From an uncultured Desulfocapsa sp. (GTDB taxonomy: Bacteria; Desulfobacterota; Desulfobulbia; Desulfobulbales; Desulfocapsaceae): a DNA stretch of 64,000 nt. The stretch lies in assembly GCA_947311475.1 (NCBI GenBank), contig CAMZLK010000056.1, positions 33,765 through 97,764 on the forward strand. Direction: 5' to 3'. Of the stretch, positions 48,197 to 56,778 are shown piece after piece; the stretch's first letter is position 1, and each line of letters opens with the position of its first letter. The notes beneath the pieces were generated by a model, which was given only the letters and a program-made list of their open reading frames with translations, did not search any database and was not told the DNA's origin. The position numbers and the translations under genes are program-made.

Positions 48197-49504
48197 ATGA
48201 CTGGAAGAATGGTTAACATTTCCAAGAAATGGGGCTTTCATGGCATCGAAGCCTTGAAAAATGCAAGCCCGTTATACAAAATAACCATGGGCTTTTTTGC
48301 CCTTCTCGCACTCGCAGGTGCCGCAGTAGGTGTTCACGGCATGATAGTCGGATATCATCATGTTTATGGGGTCAGCAGGCAGATATCCTGGGGCTTACTC
48401 ATATCCACCTACATTTTCTGCGTTGTTACATCAACAGGGCTCTGTATCATTTCATCCATTGGCCATGTTTTTGGTGGTGAGGCCTTTATGCCCATCGCAA
48501 AACGTGCCGTTTTCATGTCCATCGTTTTTATGTTTGGCGGCTTCTGCATTATTTTCTTCGATATTGAGAACCCATTCAGAATGGCCATATGGAATGTTTT
48601 TTCACCAAACTTTGTCTCAAATATGTGGTGGATGGGAACACTCTATGGCATGTATCTGGTATTCATGATGATTGAATACTACTTTCTGCTGGAGCAAAAC
48701 CATACCTTATCCAGATTGATGGGCTTTTTTGGTCTTGTTGTGGGAATTGCAGCCCATAGTAACCTCGGTGCGGTATTCGGTATGCTGCATGGACGTCCTT
48801 TCTGGTATGGCCCTTACCTTCCCATTTATTTCATTTTTTCTGCCGCCATGTCAGGTGGATGTGCAATTCTCTTCTTCACGACTCTTGGCTGGAAAATCAA
48901 TCCTGATATTATGAATCAGAGAATGGAACGGGCAATCAAAGCCGTTACCCAGGTCACTATCTTTCTTATTTCTGTTATTATCTTTTTTACCATCTGGAAA
49001 ATCATTACAGGCATGGTGTCAGAAGGAAAACATCTTGTTATCATGTCATTCCTCACAGGTGAATATGCAACTAATTTCTGGCTTTTTGAGATATTTCTTG
49101 GAATGGTGCTTCCCCTTTTACTCCTCATCCGCTCACGGGGTAACAACTTCAATCTAATCATGTTCGCAACCGGTCTTATGATGGTTGGTATCTTTTTTAT
49201 GCGTTATGACATTGTTATCCCTGGTCAAATAGAATCTGTATACCATTCACTTGGTGTGGTGGAAGAAGCAGAACTGCTCACATATACCCCATCTTTTCAT
49301 GAAATCATGGCTTCTCTATTTGGTATTGCATTTGTCTGTTTAGCCTACTTTTCTGGCGAAAAAATTCTTAACGGACACCAACTTGAAAAACATGAAATCG
49401 TACCTGAAGGCGGCTATATCTGCCTAGGCTGTGGTGGTATTCACTTTATGGAGGAAGGAGAGACTGAAGAAGACGCCATGAAACGTCATCACAAAATCTG
49501 GTAG
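48197..49504 (+). CDS. NrfD/PsrC-family quinone-interacting membrane subunit
   Basis: WGL.ISTYIF, F..IAKRAVF, DIENPFR, SNMWWMG.LY, HSNLGAVFG....RPFW; about 10 TM helices. Confidence 0.9.
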   Translation: MTGRMVNISKKWGFHGIEALKNASPLYKITMGFFALLALAGAAVGVHGMIVGYHHVYGVSRQISWGLLISTYIFCVVTSTGLCIISSIGHVFGGEAFMPIAKRAVFMSIVFMFGGFCIIFFDIENPFRMAIWNVFSPNFVSNMWWMGTLYGMYLVFMMIEYYFLLEQNHTLSRLMGFFGLVVGIAAHSNLGAVFGMLHGRPFWYGPYLPIYFIFSAAMSGGCAILFFTTLGWKINPDIMNQRMERAIKAVTQVTIFLISVIIFFTIWKIITGMVSEGKHLVIMSFLTGEYATNFWLFEIFLGMVLPLLLLIRSRGNNFNLIMFATGLMMVGIFFMRYDIVIPGQIESVYHSLGVVEEAELLTYTPSFHEIMASLFGIAFVCLAYFSGEKILNGHQLEKHEIVPEGGYICLGCGGIHFMEEGETEEDAMKRHHKIW

Positions 49505-49571
49505 TAAGAATTCCTTTACCATAAACAGTCCAACACCTAACTGAACAACTATTTATAAGGATAATCAGCAC

Positions 49572-50396
49572 ATGAAATTTCCTAAAATACATTTTGATGA
49601 TATGAAGAATGAGGGTACCGGCTCAGTTACTGCTCACGAAAGAAGAAAATTCCTCAAGCTTGGCCTGGCCGTAGCTGGGGTATATGCAGGTGGCAAGATA
49701 CTTTCTCTAACTTCCATTGTAGGAACTGCCCATGCCTCAAGCGGCATCAGTATCGTAAAGAAATATCCGTACAACCCGCATTACAGCATGGTTATTCGTC
49801 AATCCCTCTGCATAGACTGTGAGAAATGCGTGGATGCCTGCAACGAGATCAACAATGTCCCTGAATATGGATACAGAACCCGTATTCTGACAAAAAAATA
49901 CACCGGATCCCTGGACAAACAGGTCGAGTTCATTCCGGTACTTTGCAACCATTGTAACAATGCGCCATGCGTACGAGCGTGCCCTACAAAAGCAACCTAT
50001 AAAGATCCGGTTACGGGAATTGTTCGCATGGAGAGTAAAAAATGCATCGGATGTAAAACCTGTATGCTGGCTTGCCCTTACGATGCACGATATTTCAGTG
50101 CAGAGAGGCGTGCCATAGACAAATGTGATTTCTGCTGGGACGAACGATTATCCAAGGGAGACACGCAAACAGGCTGTTCTGCCGCCTGCCCAACAGGTGC
50201 AAGAACTTTTGGTAACCTTACGGATCCTGACAATATAGTCTACAAGCTGATTCATCAACTCGAAGAACAGATCTGGGTAATACGTCCGGCAGATGATACC
50301 AAACCGAATGTTTTCTATATGAAAGGAAATATGCGTTCTGTGGACAACATCCTCAATGAACAGAAGTTTAAATACTTTGACCCCAACAAATCATAA
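49572..50396 (+). CDS. Tat-exported 4x[4Fe-4S] ferredoxin (NrfC/PsrB/DsrO family)
   Basis: ERRKFLK Tat motif; CIDCEKCVDAC, CNHCNNAPCVRAC, CIGCKTCMLAC, CDFC...CSAAC. Confidence 0.92.
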   Translation: MKFPKIHFDDMKNEGTGSVTAHERRKFLKLGLAVAGVYAGGKILSLTSIVGTAHASSGISIVKKYPYNPHYSMVIRQSLCIDCEKCVDACNEINNVPEYGYRTRILTKKYTGSLDKQVEFIPVLCNHCNNAPCVRACPTKATYKDPVTGIVRMESKKCIGCKTCMLACPYDARYFSAERRAIDKCDFCWDERLSKGDTQTGCSAACPTGARTFGNLTDPDNIVYKLIHQLEEQIWVIRPADDTKPNVFYMKGNMRSVDNILNEQKFKYFDPNKS

Positions 50397-50457
50397 TACA
50401 ACCCGATTACTCCAGTCTTCAGCTTACTTTGGGATTCGCATTGATATCAGTAAAGTA

Positions 50458-50477
50458 TTTGCTCCAGACTGAGCAAA
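50458..50477. terminator. Hairpin between convergent genes, possible terminator
   Basis: TTTGCTC-CAGACT-GAGCAAA, 60 nt after the ferredoxin stop. Confidence 0.3.
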
Positions 50478-50656
50478 CTTCTTAATCATTTTGACTCAAA
50501 TATTTTAATGTATCAGAAAATCCTTCCTGATGGGCGGATAAGTTCTCTGCCCGAAGGGCATCATGTTCTTATTGAGGCTCCGTTGGATTTTATGATTGGA
50601 TAGTGTTCGCAACCTGCAACGTCAACCGAGTTGGAACAACCCGGAGGTCCTGGTAC

Positions 50657-51235
50657 TCACAGCTTCTTATTGATCCGCTCTCCTGTTAATAACTGCAGGT
50701 TGCCAGAGAGCCGGTAACTACGGACCTTATAAAACCCGGATTGTTCCAGAAGATCTCGCAAAGCAACTGGTCGAGAATTTGGATTTTCCCTGTTTTTCAT
50801 TGCTGCAGTAACCAACAATCCTCCGGGTTTTAAGAGCATTTTACAGTATTGTAGTAATTCCATGTGCCTGTTCTTTGGGTAATCAGATAAAAACTCAAAA
50901 AAATACAGCAGATCAAATACCGGTAGTTCCATAAAGCTGTTTATATCTGACACCACGACTTTCAGATTTTTCTCTCTCATTTGCTCTTTCAATTCAAGCG
51001 GAATATCAGAAGATCTTCGTATTAGAGCAGTACCCTGTACAGACGAATTCCTTCCTGTGGCACGTAACAGGCGCTTGCCATCTATACAGCCCACGTCCAA
51101 CACGTTGCAGCTACCTTTTGGGGGAATGGTTTTTTGAATGACTCTTCTTCTTATGTCTTCATCTCCTATGCTTTTTCCCCTGCCAGGGAAGAATGGAAAC
51201 GAATACCAGGGCAGGACGTTCGTTGCAGATAGCAT
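50657..51235 (-). CDS. Class I SAM-dependent methyltransferase-like protein (divergent)
   Basis: VLDVGC motif I (followed by atypical IDG), FDLLYF, LLKPGGLLV. Confidence 0.6.
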   Translation of the reverse strand: MLSATNVLPWYSFPFFPGRGKSIGDEDIRRRVIQKTIPPKGSCNVLDVGCIDGKRLLRATGRNSSVQGTALIRRSSDIPLELKEQMREKNLKVVVSDINSFMELPVFDLLYFFEFLSDYPKNRHMELLQYCKMLLKPGGLLVTAAMKNRENPNSRPVALRDLLEQSGFYKVRSYRLSGNLQLLTGERINKKL

Positions 51236-51340
51236 ATATGGTTCTCTTTAGTCATGGTTAATAAGTATTACGATCTCAATGAAACTTTGAGATTCCCATT
51301 GACAAGAGCACTGAGAGGAAGTACCAGATAATTATCTTAG

Positions 51341-51366
51341 GAGCCGTCCGGCAATAAGGACGGCTC
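51341..51366. repeat. Short palindrome with family B-like ends
   Basis: GAGCCGTCC-GGCAATAA-GGACGGCTC, flanked by TTAG/CTTA. Confidence 0.45.
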
Positions 51367-51633
51367 CTTAAGTGTTCCTTTATAACGGCACAACCATTGG
51401 AGTGGGTGTGCTGCTTTCCTGTTTAGTTGCTGTTCTATTCTCCCTTCCGGTGTAAACAGATAAAATACAAATTGAACCAGCGTGACATCCAGGTGTTTTT
51501 CTATTATTTTGGTTTCCTCTACAGTGCTATTCATGTCCACTACACTGTATTAACAACCAAAAAAGAAAACCAATCGTAAGAAACGATCAGAGCTATCGTA
51601 AAAAGTGATGACGCAAAAAAGAGAGTTATTCCC

Positions 51634-52527
51634 ATGGAACTATATCAACTTCGTACCTTTGCAGCTGTCGCCAAAACCGGACATTTAACACGGGCCGCAG
51701 AACAATTAGCCACAAGCCAACCTGCCATAAGCGCACAGATAAAGGCACTTGAAGGAGAATTTAAAACATCGCTTTTTACCAGAACTGCAAAAGGAATGGT
51801 GCTGACTGCCGCAGGAAATGAGATTCTAAAACATGCGGAAACAGTTCTTGCTGAAAGCGAACGCCTCCTTCAAAGAGCAAGAACGCTACAAACTGAATTA
51901 GTTGGTACTGTAAGTCTTGGCTTAAGTGAGGATGGAAACTTTTGGCAGATTGAGCAGCTGTGCAATCTTATCGCTGCCAGACATAAAAGAATAAAACTTG
52001 GTATATACAACAGCAGTTCACGCTTTATTCTCCAGGATATCATTAAAGGTGCGCTTGATTGTGGTTTTATATTTGGCGATTTTCCCAAAAATAAAGTCTC
52101 CGGTTTTTTTCTGCGCCCTCAAAAAATAATGGTAACGGCGCCAGTAGCATGGGAACACCGTATTGTTGGGGCAACATGGGAAGAAATACTCCTTCTGCCA
52201 TGGGCCTGGCTGGCCCCAGATTGCGCTTATCGCATAAAAGCAATGGAATTATTTGAAGCCAAAAATTTAAAACCTCCGGAATCGACAGTTTCAGCAGATA
52301 TGGATGCCACTGTTCTGACCATTGTAGCATCAGGATCCTGCGTTGGTTTAATCAAAGAACCAGATGCACTGGAGGCAGTAAAACAAGGTAAAATAGTTAT
52401 CTGGGAAGGAGACTACCTGGAGGTTGACCTCCATTTTGTATTTAAGCGAGAACGGCTGCAGGATCCTTTAATTCAATCTATTTTGGATATGGTGAAGGAG
52501 ATATGGAGGCCAGAATCCGTTTTGTAA
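51634..52527 (+). CDS. LysR-family transcriptional regulator
   Basis: QLRTFAAVA..G.LTRAAEQL..SQPAISAQIKALE HTH, LFTRT.KG..LT.AG. Confidence 0.92.
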   Translation: MELYQLRTFAAVAKTGHLTRAAEQLATSQPAISAQIKALEGEFKTSLFTRTAKGMVLTAAGNEILKHAETVLAESERLLQRARTLQTELVGTVSLGLSEDGNFWQIEQLCNLIAARHKRIKLGIYNSSSRFILQDIIKGALDCGFIFGDFPKNKVSGFFLRPQKIMVTAPVAWEHRIVGATWEEILLLPWAWLAPDCAYRIKAMELFEAKNLKPPESTVSADMDATVLTIVASGSCVGLIKEPDALEAVKQGKIVIWEGDYLEVDLHFVFKRERLQDPLIQSILDMVKEIWRPESVL

Positions 52528-52613
52528 ACTCACGCCCTGGAACTAGCGAAGATAGGCCTGTGCCCCAAGTTGCCACACAACTTGTTCTGTTACGGGTATT
52601 GTATTTGTGGCGA

Positions 52614-53723
52614 TCAGGGGGAGCCGATAAACTGCTCAAGCCTATGCACACAATCGACCATATTTTTCCGACCAAAACCAATTCGGAAACAGTTGTACTC
52701 TCCGTTAAACAATGTTCCGGGGAGCAATAAAACGCCAGTGTCCTGAACTAATTGTTTGCAAAAAGCTGCTACAGATCCACAGCGATACCGAGGAAACGCA
52801 ATGGGACCAGCCTGCGGTTCCTGCCAGTCAAACAACTCTTCATGCTTCTTGAAAAAATGGTTGAGAATGTGCAGGTTTCCTTTGATTATACGCAAATTTC
52901 GTTCAACGATTGCATTACGATTCCTAAGAGCCAGTGTTGCCAGAAACTCGCTTGGAGCACTATTACAAATGGTTGTGTAATCCTTAAAAGCTGCGAGTTT
53001 ATAAAACAAATCTTTATTACGGGTTGCAATCCAACCTATTCGCAAACCTGGAAGAGCATAGGTTTTGGCCATCCCTCCAAGGGAAACTCCTTTCTCATTT
53101 AGATCTGTAAATGGCGGCAGACGATTATTCGCGTCATATTCAAGCCCCCTATACATTTCATCGGAAAAAACTATAAATCCTCTTTCATCAGAAAGTTTTG
53201 AAAGATCATGTATAAACTTTGATCCCGGCAGAGTCCCTGTCGGATTGTGTGGAAAATTGATAACCACAACTCGGGTTTTATCTGTCACAATATTCTTTAA
53301 AAAGTCCAACTCCAACTGCCAGGAATTTTTTGAGCTACTTTCCCATTCAATAACTTTGGCACCAATACTACGAGCCACCTCACCAAGGGACTGATATGAT
53401 GGAGCTGGAACGATTATCTCATCCCCCTGATTGAGGGCCACATTCATAAAGTTAAATATTGGTTCTTCAGATCCCGCATGAACAATAATACTTTCAAATG
53501 ATGCTTTTGCGTAAAGGGATGCAACTTGTGTTCGAAGTTCAGGGCTGCCAAGGGATTCGGTATATCCCAGCCCAAGGGATAGCAATTCGTCTTGAGCACC
53601 TTCGTCAAATTGCAATAAATCACGTATTGAGAGACTTTCACAATCTGAGCAGCAGAGAAGATGGGGTGCATTGAACTCATATTTTGCAAAATATCTTTCT
53701 AACTGGAAGTCTTTTAATTTCAT
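52614..53723 (-). CDS. Class I/II PLP-dependent aminotransferase
   Basis: NFPHNPTG, FSDEMY, GGMAKTYALPGLRIGW; ATG 53723 (MKLKDFQLERYF). Confidence 0.9.
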   Translation of the reverse strand: MKLKDFQLERYFAKYEFNAPHLLCCSDCESLSIRDLLQFDEGAQDELLSLGLGYTESLGSPELRTQVASLYAKASFESIIVHAGSEEPIFNFMNVALNQGDEIIVPAPSYQSLGEVARSIGAKVIEWESSSKNSWQLELDFLKNIVTDKTRVVVINFPHNPTGTLPGSKFIHDLSKLSDERGFIVFSDEMYRGLEYDANNRLPPFTDLNEKGVSLGGMAKTYALPGLRIGWIATRNKDLFYKLAAFKDYTTICNSAPSEFLATLALRNRNAIVERNLRIIKGNLHILNHFFKKHEELFDWQEPQAGPIAFPRYRCGSVAAFCKQLVQDTGVLLLPGTLFNGEYNCFRIGFGRKNMVDCVHRLEQFIGSP

Positions 53724-53745
53724 ATCACACAATATATCAGGCAAT

Positions 53746-53764
53746 GATAATGATAAACAGTTTT
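53746..53764. promoter_or_regulatory. Possible Fur box upstream of the aminotransferase
   Basis: GATAATGATAAACAGTTTT matches 15/19 of GATAATGATAATCATTATC; overlaps the near-palindrome AATGATAAACAGTTTTCATT. Confidence 0.4.
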
Positions 53765-53766
53765 CA

Positions 53767-54681
53767 TTACTGCATAAGAAGATAGATACCAAAAACCGCA
53801 GTGAAAGCACCTCCAACAGCTCTTATGGAAACGTGCTCTTTATGGAAAAATATTGAAAAAGGAATAATAGAGACAGGTACAAGCGACAGAAAGGTTGCCG
53901 CAACACCTGTTTCCAGATAATGCAGGGCAAGAAGAGACAGTGATACCCCTAAAAACGGTCCTATGAATGCACCAATGGTTGTAAAGAGGACTGCCTTACT
54001 GTTTCTGAGCGCCCTCTTAACATCCCCCCATTTATTGCTAAGGGTAAAAAAAATGATAAAACAGACAAATGCGGCAATGGCTCTAACTTGAGTTGCTGCA
54101 AATGCATCAAGATATCCGGATTCTGTCTGCATACCCGCCTTACTGAGCACATACCCTCCAGCCTGCCCCAGCATTGCAGCAAGACCGTACAATACGCCCT
54201 TTAAAGAGATCTTTTGTACTTTTAGCTTGCGCGGTGAGGAGGACTTTTGATTGCGCTCAAAGATAACAAGTGCAACTCCGGACAATGTGACAACAATGCC
54301 AATCCATTGATACAAAAGATATGATTCATTGAGAAACAACCAACCAATGATTGCTGATGTGGGTGCCGCCAGACTGTGGAGCAGCATTGCAACCCTTGGT
54401 CCGAGCTCAACCAGTGCCTTAAAGAGAAAAATATCACCGATGAAAAAACCAACAATACCCGAAAGACTGAGATATATCCAGGCATGAACCGGGAACTTGA
54501 CAGGCACCAGAACCCCATCTCTTACAAACAGAAAGAGACTGAAAAGGAGCAGAGCAACGAAAATGCGAATAATGTTTACGGGAATCGCCCCCACTTCCCT
54601 TGCTGCTGCTCCAAAGAATTGAACGCTCACTGTCCAGCAAAGCACAGTACTTAGCGCTATGATTTCTCCAGGAAATGGCAT
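53767..54681 (-). CDS. DMT/EamA-family transporter
   Basis: Ten hydrophobic segments in two EamA-like halves; GGAG-free but TGAGAAG upstream of ATG; ends G..LAV.GI.LL-like. Confidence 0.85.
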   Translation of the reverse strand: MPFPGEIIALSTVLCWTVSVQFFGAAAREVGAIPVNIIRIFVALLLFSLFLFVRDGVLVPVKFPVHAWIYLSLSGIVGFFIGDIFLFKALVELGPRVAMLLHSLAAPTSAIIGWLFLNESYLLYQWIGIVVTLSGVALVIFERNQKSSSPRKLKVQKISLKGVLYGLAAMLGQAGGYVLSKAGMQTESGYLDAFAATQVRAIAAFVCFIIFFTLSNKWGDVKRALRNSKAVLFTTIGAFIGPFLGVSLSLLALHYLETGVAATFLSLVPVSIIPFSIFFHKEHVSIRAVGGAFTAVFGIYLLMQ

Positions 54682-54753
54682 TCTTATAAAAACTTCTCAA
54701 TGGGGGGTTGCATTTCTTTAATTTCCTTGCATCCATAATGGTACAACAAACAG

Positions 54754-55152
54754 TCAGCTGGCAAATTCTTTTAAAAGATTCAGGGCAATGTGCGCATGTT
54801 CTGCCTGAACAAAGATATGGTCATGATGGTACGCTGCAATCACATTGGCACTGATATTATGTTCTGCAAGTTTTGTGGATACGGCAGCTGTGAGACCAAC
54901 TGCATCAAGGCTTGAATGGACAGCAAGCGTTATACATTTGTACACCGTCTCATAATATACACCGTACTTATCTGCAAGGTGTTTTAAAACAAGTACTGTT
55001 AAGCCTTCAGTCTCAGTGAAGGTCGCAAGAGGCTTTAATTCTTTATGATCTCCATATCGAGCATCTTCGAAACTGCAAAAGACATATTCATCAGCTAACA
55101 CTACGGGTGAGAGGGAAGATAATAATTGAGCAAGATCTGTTTCACCCGTCAT
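54754..55152 (-). CDS. ACT-domain protein
   Basis: MTGETDL..LL.SL.P, ETEGLTV, ITL.VHSSLDAVGLTAAV...L....ISANV.AAY.HDHIFV. Confidence 0.85.
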   Translation of the reverse strand: MTGETDLAQLLSSLSPVVLADEYVFCSFEDARYGDHKELKPLATFTETEGLTVLVLKHLADKYGVYYETVYKCITLAVHSSLDAVGLTAAVSTKLAEHNISANVIAAYHHDHIFVQAEHAHIALNLLKEFAS

Positions 55153-55536
55153 CTTTAGTTCATTTGCTGGAGTCACGTTCAACCTTTGTGGTACGACTCT
55201 TAAACGATGGATAGTAATTTCTGATACCCTGGTTTTGAGATTCCTGATGTTCTATATATTTTTTCATTTCTGCAGTCAATGGTCAGATTCTACAAGTAAC
55301 AAATGTTGAAAAGTAAAACAGACCCAAGCGAACCACTTCTTGTATCTTTAGCCTGTTTTCTTTCATTTTTTCTGATACTATATAAAATGATTTTGGGGCT
55401 ATGTCAAAACAAACCAGCAACAATCCACGGGTATCAGATTTATATAGACCATCATGTCGCAATTTACTCTCTAATATATTTGGTGTTTGCTCCAGCTGTT
55501 GAGATCATCAAGATTCAAAACAAGGATATTGACGAA

Positions 55537-56151
55537 ATGAAGCCGACAAAATTTAGAATTCAAATGATCAAGGACAATGGAGGCAGATATATTCCGCAGT
55601 TATGGTTGATACCATTTGTAACCATAATGCTGATAACACCTCCATCAGGAAGTTTTGCAGAATGGCTCCCCCTTCCAGATACCGGACAAACAGCGTGTTA
55701 CGACGCAAACAACCTGGTGATCCCCTGTCCGTCGGCCGGGACGCCCCTTTTCGGCCAGGATGCGCAGTACAATGGAGCAACACCTGACTATGTCGACAAT
55801 ACCAATCAGACTATTACCGATCTGCAGAGTGGCCTCATATGGACTCGATCCGGCAAAGGCTTACAATTCACATGGCAGGATGCTATCTCCTACTGCGACG
55901 AACTTGTTTTCGCCAACCAGAGCGATTGGCGCCTTCCCGGAAAGTTTGAACTTGAGTCCATTGTGGACTACGGAAAATTCTTCCCTGCCAGTAACAAAAT
56001 TTTTGGTTGTGAGGGATCATTCTACTGGTCATCTACCGCCCATATGGGTAACTCGGAATACGCTTGGAGCGTCTTCTGTAATGATGGTGCTGACCATTGG
56101 GTCCATAAGAGCAATAAATATTATGTTCGGTGTGTTCGCACAGGACCATAA
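55537..56151 (+). CDS. Exported DUF1566 (Lcl C-terminal-like) domain protein 1
   Basis: PDTGQT.CYD, DN..T.TD..SGL.W, W..A..YC..L......DWRLP...EL, YWSST, AW.V, YVRCVR. The start is uncertain. Confidence 0.8.
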   Translation: MKPTKFRIQMIKDNGGRYIPQLWLIPFVTIMLITPPSGSFAEWLPLPDTGQTACYDANNLVIPCPSAGTPLFGQDAQYNGATPDYVDNTNQTITDLQSGLIWTRSGKGLQFTWQDAISYCDELVFANQSDWRLPGKFELESIVDYGKFFPASNKIFGCEGSFYWSSTAHMGNSEYAWSVFCNDGADHWVHKSNKYYVRCVRTGP

Positions 56152-56209
56152 TTGGTGGTTTCACCCCATAATCAGATCCTTGCGTATTACTTTCCCAACA
56201 GGATTTAAA

Positions 56210-56731
56210 ATGAACATTCAATTCAATATATTAAAAAAAATCATACACAGCAGGTTTAGAAAGCAGATAAACAAATCTAAGCTGTTAAGCTCTATCCTTA
56301 TTCTGACATCCAGTATTTTCCTCTCTCTTTCTGCCCATGCCATAGGTCCTTATGCTTCCAGGAATGACACTGTTACTGATCTGGGTACAGGTCTTCAGTG
56401 GCAGAAAAACCCCAGTCTAAAACCTCATAACTGGCAAAATGGTCTTGCCTATTGCGAAAATCTTTCACTTGATTCTCACAGCGACTGGAGACTGCCCAAT
56501 ATCCGCGAATTGAAATCCCTTGTTGATTACAGCAGATATTATCCTGCAATTGCCGCGGACATCCCCTGTCAATCATCCATTTACTGGTCGGCAACAAGTG
56601 TTGCAAGTGATACCCAGACAAGTGCCTGGAGCGTCTTTTTTGGTAATGGTGACGATATCTGGAAAGTTAAGAGTATGAGCTTTAATGTCCGTTGCGTTCG
56701 GGCTGGACTCTTAGGAGCAGTCCGGAAATAA
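56210..56731 (+). CDS. Exported DUF1566 domain protein 2
   Basis: TVTD.GTGL.WQ, W..GL.YC..L......DWRLPNIREL.SLVD, YWSAT, AW.V.F..G, VRCVR; ATG 56210. Confidence 0.8.
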   Translation: MNIQFNILKKIIHSRFRKQINKSKLLSSILILTSSIFLSLSAHAIGPYASRNDTVTDLGTGLQWQKNPSLKPHNWQNGLAYCENLSLDSHSDWRLPNIRELKSLVDYSRYYPAIAADIPCQSSIYWSATSVASDTQTSAWSVFFGNGDDIWKVKSMSFNVRCVRAGLLGAVRK

Positions 56732-56778
56732 CTATTGTCCATGACAAAAATTCAAACTATTCTAAAAACCACTGGTCC

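Noticed and set aside
50500-50650. Structured ncRNA or riboswitch between the convergent genes
   Set aside because: Some hairpins are present (e.g. GCCCGAAGGGC), but I recognised no 6S, SRP or riboswitch motif; an Rfam search would be needed.
51337-51540. 67-aa minus-strand ORF beside LysR
   Set aside because: No recognisable domain, weak RBS, and its 3' end runs into a palindromic repeat.
55537-56731. Diversity-generating retroelement (VR/TR pair)
   Set aside because: The two 3' ends differ at all base types, not only adenines, and no reverse transcriptase is in the window.
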